A stretch of DNA of 63,079 nucleotides, filler included, from Octopus bimaculoides (taxonomy: Eukaryota): the NCBI RefSeq assembly GCF_001194135.2. It is 6 parts of 5 records of this genome, joined end to end, with 100 filler letters (N's around TTAATTAATTAA, not from the genome) between each part and the next. Parts side by side here need not be neighbours in the genome. Positions count along the whole stretch, not along the records: positions 54,666 to 63,079 come from NC_068994.1; 5 more parts are not named here. One strand, written 5' to 3'. The translations under genes and the position numbers were made by a program. Positions 59,783 through 63,079 of the stretch are shown here, in pieces. How positions within the stretch are numbered: position 1 is the first letter of the stretch; the number at the start of each line of letters is the position of its first letter. Below the pieces are notes generated by a model. It ran no database searches, had not been told where the DNA came from, and saw only the letters and a list, made by a program, of their open reading frames with translations.

Positions 59783-61879
59783 AAAATTAATTAAGATTTC
59801 AGAAATACATAGTATATGCGTTTAAGATGCAGCCTAGTTTTGAGAGGAAATTTGAAAATAAAAACAAGATTATATTTAAATGCATGCAAATGTTTTGAAA
59901 TTTTTTGCCGTATAAGTAATATAAAAACTACAAACTTGGTAAAAGAACTAGCATTGAGGAATTTCGGAGAAGAAAATCATGTTAATAATCATTCTTAAAG
60001 AACTTTACAAAAACTATTTAAAATAGGTAGCTAACAAAAATCATAAAGGAAAACCAAAAGAAAATTGGGAATTCTAACAAAGAGATTGCTTTTGGTAATT
60101 TAAAATTATCAGTACAAGGATGTAAATGGAAATTTTGATTCGCTATCCTAAAATCTTTGAAACATTGGATTTCATCATCGCTACTGCTGTCTTAGAAATT
60201 TTCAAATTCTTCTTCACTGATGCAATCGTCGAAACTTTCAAAATCTATTTCATGGTTTTAATAATCATCAGGCATTTATTTACTGGTCAGAGTGGACTTA
60301 GTGCTTTTTACGTAGCATTCTGAACCGTCCATAGCAGTGTATCACTAATGAGTTGTTGTCTAGCTCTCCACTAATGTTCTGCAGACTATTTTTGACAATT
60401 ATCCAAAACTGACAGCAAGGAATTCCTAGTAACCATTTGCAGAGTTTAAGCTTCCAGGAAACAGGATGGAGGTGGGTATACTTGAAGCTCTTAACTGAAA
60501 TAACTAAATAGGCTATGACATAATAAAGCGCTCATAAGTTTATGCAGAGTTTAGATAAGAATGTTTGTATGAGTGTCTATATGTATGTAGTACATATAGA
60601 CATGCTCGCTCATGTCTTTTCATGAAACTGTGGTACCCATTAAGTTGTCACTTTAAAAGCAAATAAATATTTGCTTGTTTTTGTTAATTTTTCTTTATTT
60701 TCTAAATCATATGATCAAGGATCTACGTCAATAATTATTTCAATTTAGCCCATTTAACAATACTAACTCGAAAATTGCCTTTTGTCCATATTAAAAATTT
60801 CAGTTTTCCTTGTTTTCGTTATTCTCGTATTGATCATTCGGTTGATGGTGTCTCTAGCTGCATCTCTATTGCCACCTGTCTTAACATAATCTACCACTGG
60901 AAACTGGATGATCATTTCTGCTTCAATCCTATAAGGGATGTATAAGGCAGAAAATTGAAATAGCTATGTATACTTTACAAATGAACGTAATTAACATAAT
61001 CAGGAGAATTCTACGTCCAACTTTGTGTTGGTTGTTCTTGAGCTTACATACTTATGTGTTTCCAAAGACCATTGTCTTTGGAAACAAAAATACGTGTTGA
61101 TTGTTAGAAGAATATTGTATCCTTGAATTGAATGAAAGATCAGGCTAGCCGCATGTATTATAAATAAAGCAACCTCATGAACGTTTTACCATATTTTATT
61201 GATAGAAAATAGTGCATTTAAATACGGAAAGTATCACAGATTCTCTGGTTATCAGAATAGCAAGTAAGAATCGATTTATTGTGTTGGCTTGAACATTAGC
61301 TATCTAGAAGATAAAAATACAGATACCACCATACATTGCTAAAGCTTGCAGAAGAGAATCGGTATGTGTCTTGCTTGAAGGCTATGTGGTCTGCTATGAC
61401 CTGTCTTGCTTGACGGTTAACTGCGGTCTACCGTGAGTTTGAGCCAAACTGTTCAACTAGGGTGAAAAGGTACAAATTTTTAGAATATTCGAGAACATGT
61501 ATTATGTCACAACTTCACGCTGATTGGTCAATTTATAGATCAATCACGTGAAACAGTAGTTGCATACTCATGATTGCAAATAATTTCGCGGTCGGGGTTC
61601 GAATCCCTATGTTGTCATTGGTCATTGATAAAAACCTTCTTGCGAATCAGTGACATCATATGATGAAGATGTCTACCTTCACTTGATACTCAGCAATTTG
61701 TAAGGTTTCATCATGAGCAAACCTTACTTTGGGGCGAAGAAAGTACTCCATTCCACGAATCAAATGAATCATCTGGACCATGCTGGTATGTTATAGTTTA
61801 ATGCATAAATATAGATACATATTACTTTGATTTTATTTATGATATTAGTATATTTACCCATGATAAGTTCATTATATTA

Positions 61880-62415
61880 GTATATTCATCCATGATAAAC
61901 TTCTTGATGATTTCAATGCATGTGTAGGTTGTGATACATCCATATGGAGTGACTTAATAGGGAGGCATGGGGTTGGCAAGGCAAATCCAAATGGCCATCT
62001 GCTGCTATCGCTTTGCAGTGAGTATAGTATTTTGATTACCAATACTATTTTCCAACTCCCCAACCACCGCAAAACTACCTGGAAGCATCTCCAATCAAAT
62101 CATTATCACCTCATTCATTACATAGTTGTGAGGTCTTCCATGAGGGAAGATTCCAAGGAACACATTCTTTCTCCTTTGGGAGTATTGGTCTGACCATAGA
62201 CTGATATGATTAAAGGTGATTTTTTTTTTCTGTCCACAGTCTTATTCGCAATAATCGCACTCAACCAGTTCGAAAAGTGGATGTGACCAAGTTGAGGAAC
62301 AATAATGATTTAACCTCATTTCAAGCAACCTATGACAACAAACTTGCTGGCATCTCAGACAACACAAATATTGAATTAGCTAGGTCTGCTTTTAAAAATG
62401 CTGTATCTGGGTAAT
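61880..62415 (+). mobile_element. RTE LINE APE-endonuclease fragment
   Basis: DFNACVGCDTSIWSDLIGRHGVGKANPNGHLLLSLCSEYSILITNTIFQLPNHRKTTWKH...SDHRLI. Confidence 0.85.
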
Positions 62416-62439
62416 CTTGTGAAACACTCGGGTATCATA

Positions 62440-62525
62440 CAAGGGCCCGGGAACAGGGGGTGCAGCGGGTGCACCCGCACCCCCTAGAATTTTCAGGGGG
62501 TGCAAGATCAAAATTTGCACCCCTA
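62440..62525. mobile_element. Left end of a GC-rich MITE
   Basis: CAAGGGCCCGGGAACAGGGGGTGCAGCGGGTGCACCCGCACCCCC with repeated GGGTGCA/TGCACCC; the other terminus was not found. Confidence 0.3.
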
Positions 62526-63079
62526 CATAATCTTACCAGTTACAGAAAAAAAGTGTCTAAAATCTATCGGTATAAAATGCTTAAGTTCGATCTCGTTTCA
62601 AAACAAAGAAGAAAAAAATAAATAAATAAATAAAAGTGATGAAGCTGGCATAAAATTCCCTAGGGAGTTTAGAACCACTAACTTCTGAAGGCAAGTAGCG
62701 TCAAAATACAAAAAAAAATGACAATAACAACAGTAGCCGCAACAATAACAACAACAAAACCAGCATGTATGGTTAATTTTGAATATATAGCATTACTTGA
62801 ATTATTGAAGACAGCTCCCACCCAGTTTCTGTCTGTCAATACTTCTCTCCATCTTTTAGTACCACTCCCAAGTTCTTTGTAATTGGTGTTGCTAAAGACT
62901 TAAAACATGGTTAAATGGATTTGACCGTTTGACCCCAGTCTAAAAATAAAACCCCTTCAAAATTCTTTCAGTACAAAACAACCATTCAATATTCCATTAT
63001 CAACTTGACCACTGCCTGGGTAAGTGCCTTTTTTTTCAACTCCAACTTTAGTCTTGATTCACCTTTTCATTAAATCTTT

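Noticed and set aside
60125-60260. Acidic minus-strand stretch (HEIDFESFDDCISEEEFENF*DSSSDDE)
   Set aside because: Contains a stop and has no diagnostic domain; possibly a transposase relic but unsupported.
61580-61615. tRNA gene suggested by GGTTCGAATCCC B-box
   Set aside because: No A-box at proper spacing and no acceptor or anticodon stems visible.

Overview
AT-rich, gap-riddled eukaryotic scaffold. The repeat landscape fits a coleoid cephalopod (octopus-like) genome; this is inferred from the abundant (AT)n/(GT)n/(AAT)n/(GATA)n microsatellites, tRNA-derived SINEs and RTE LINEs. Two host-gene pieces are supported. (1) A stop-free minus-strand frame of at least 981 codons (10106-13052, open into a gap) encoding an unidentified Ser/Thr-rich disordered protein that ends in -SSYV. 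(2) The last two exons of a uridine-cytidine kinase-like 1 (UCKL1-type, UPRT-domain end) gene on the + strand (29354-29452, 34162-34217); I could not find its upstream exons in the window. The rest is mostly mobile DNA: two tRNA-SINE families (including a chain of about 13-14 co-oriented copies strung on (AAT)n), RTE, Tx1 and Dong/R4 LINE fragments, a pogo/Tc2 transposase remnant and several inverted-repeat elements, one carrying a telomere-like (CCCTAA)n core. Five identical 44N-TTAATTAATTAA-44N blocks are artificial spacers, so order across them is uncertain. No rRNA, intact tRNA gene or CRISPR array is supported. All family assignments are from motif recognition by eye, not database searches, and repeat boundaries are approximate.
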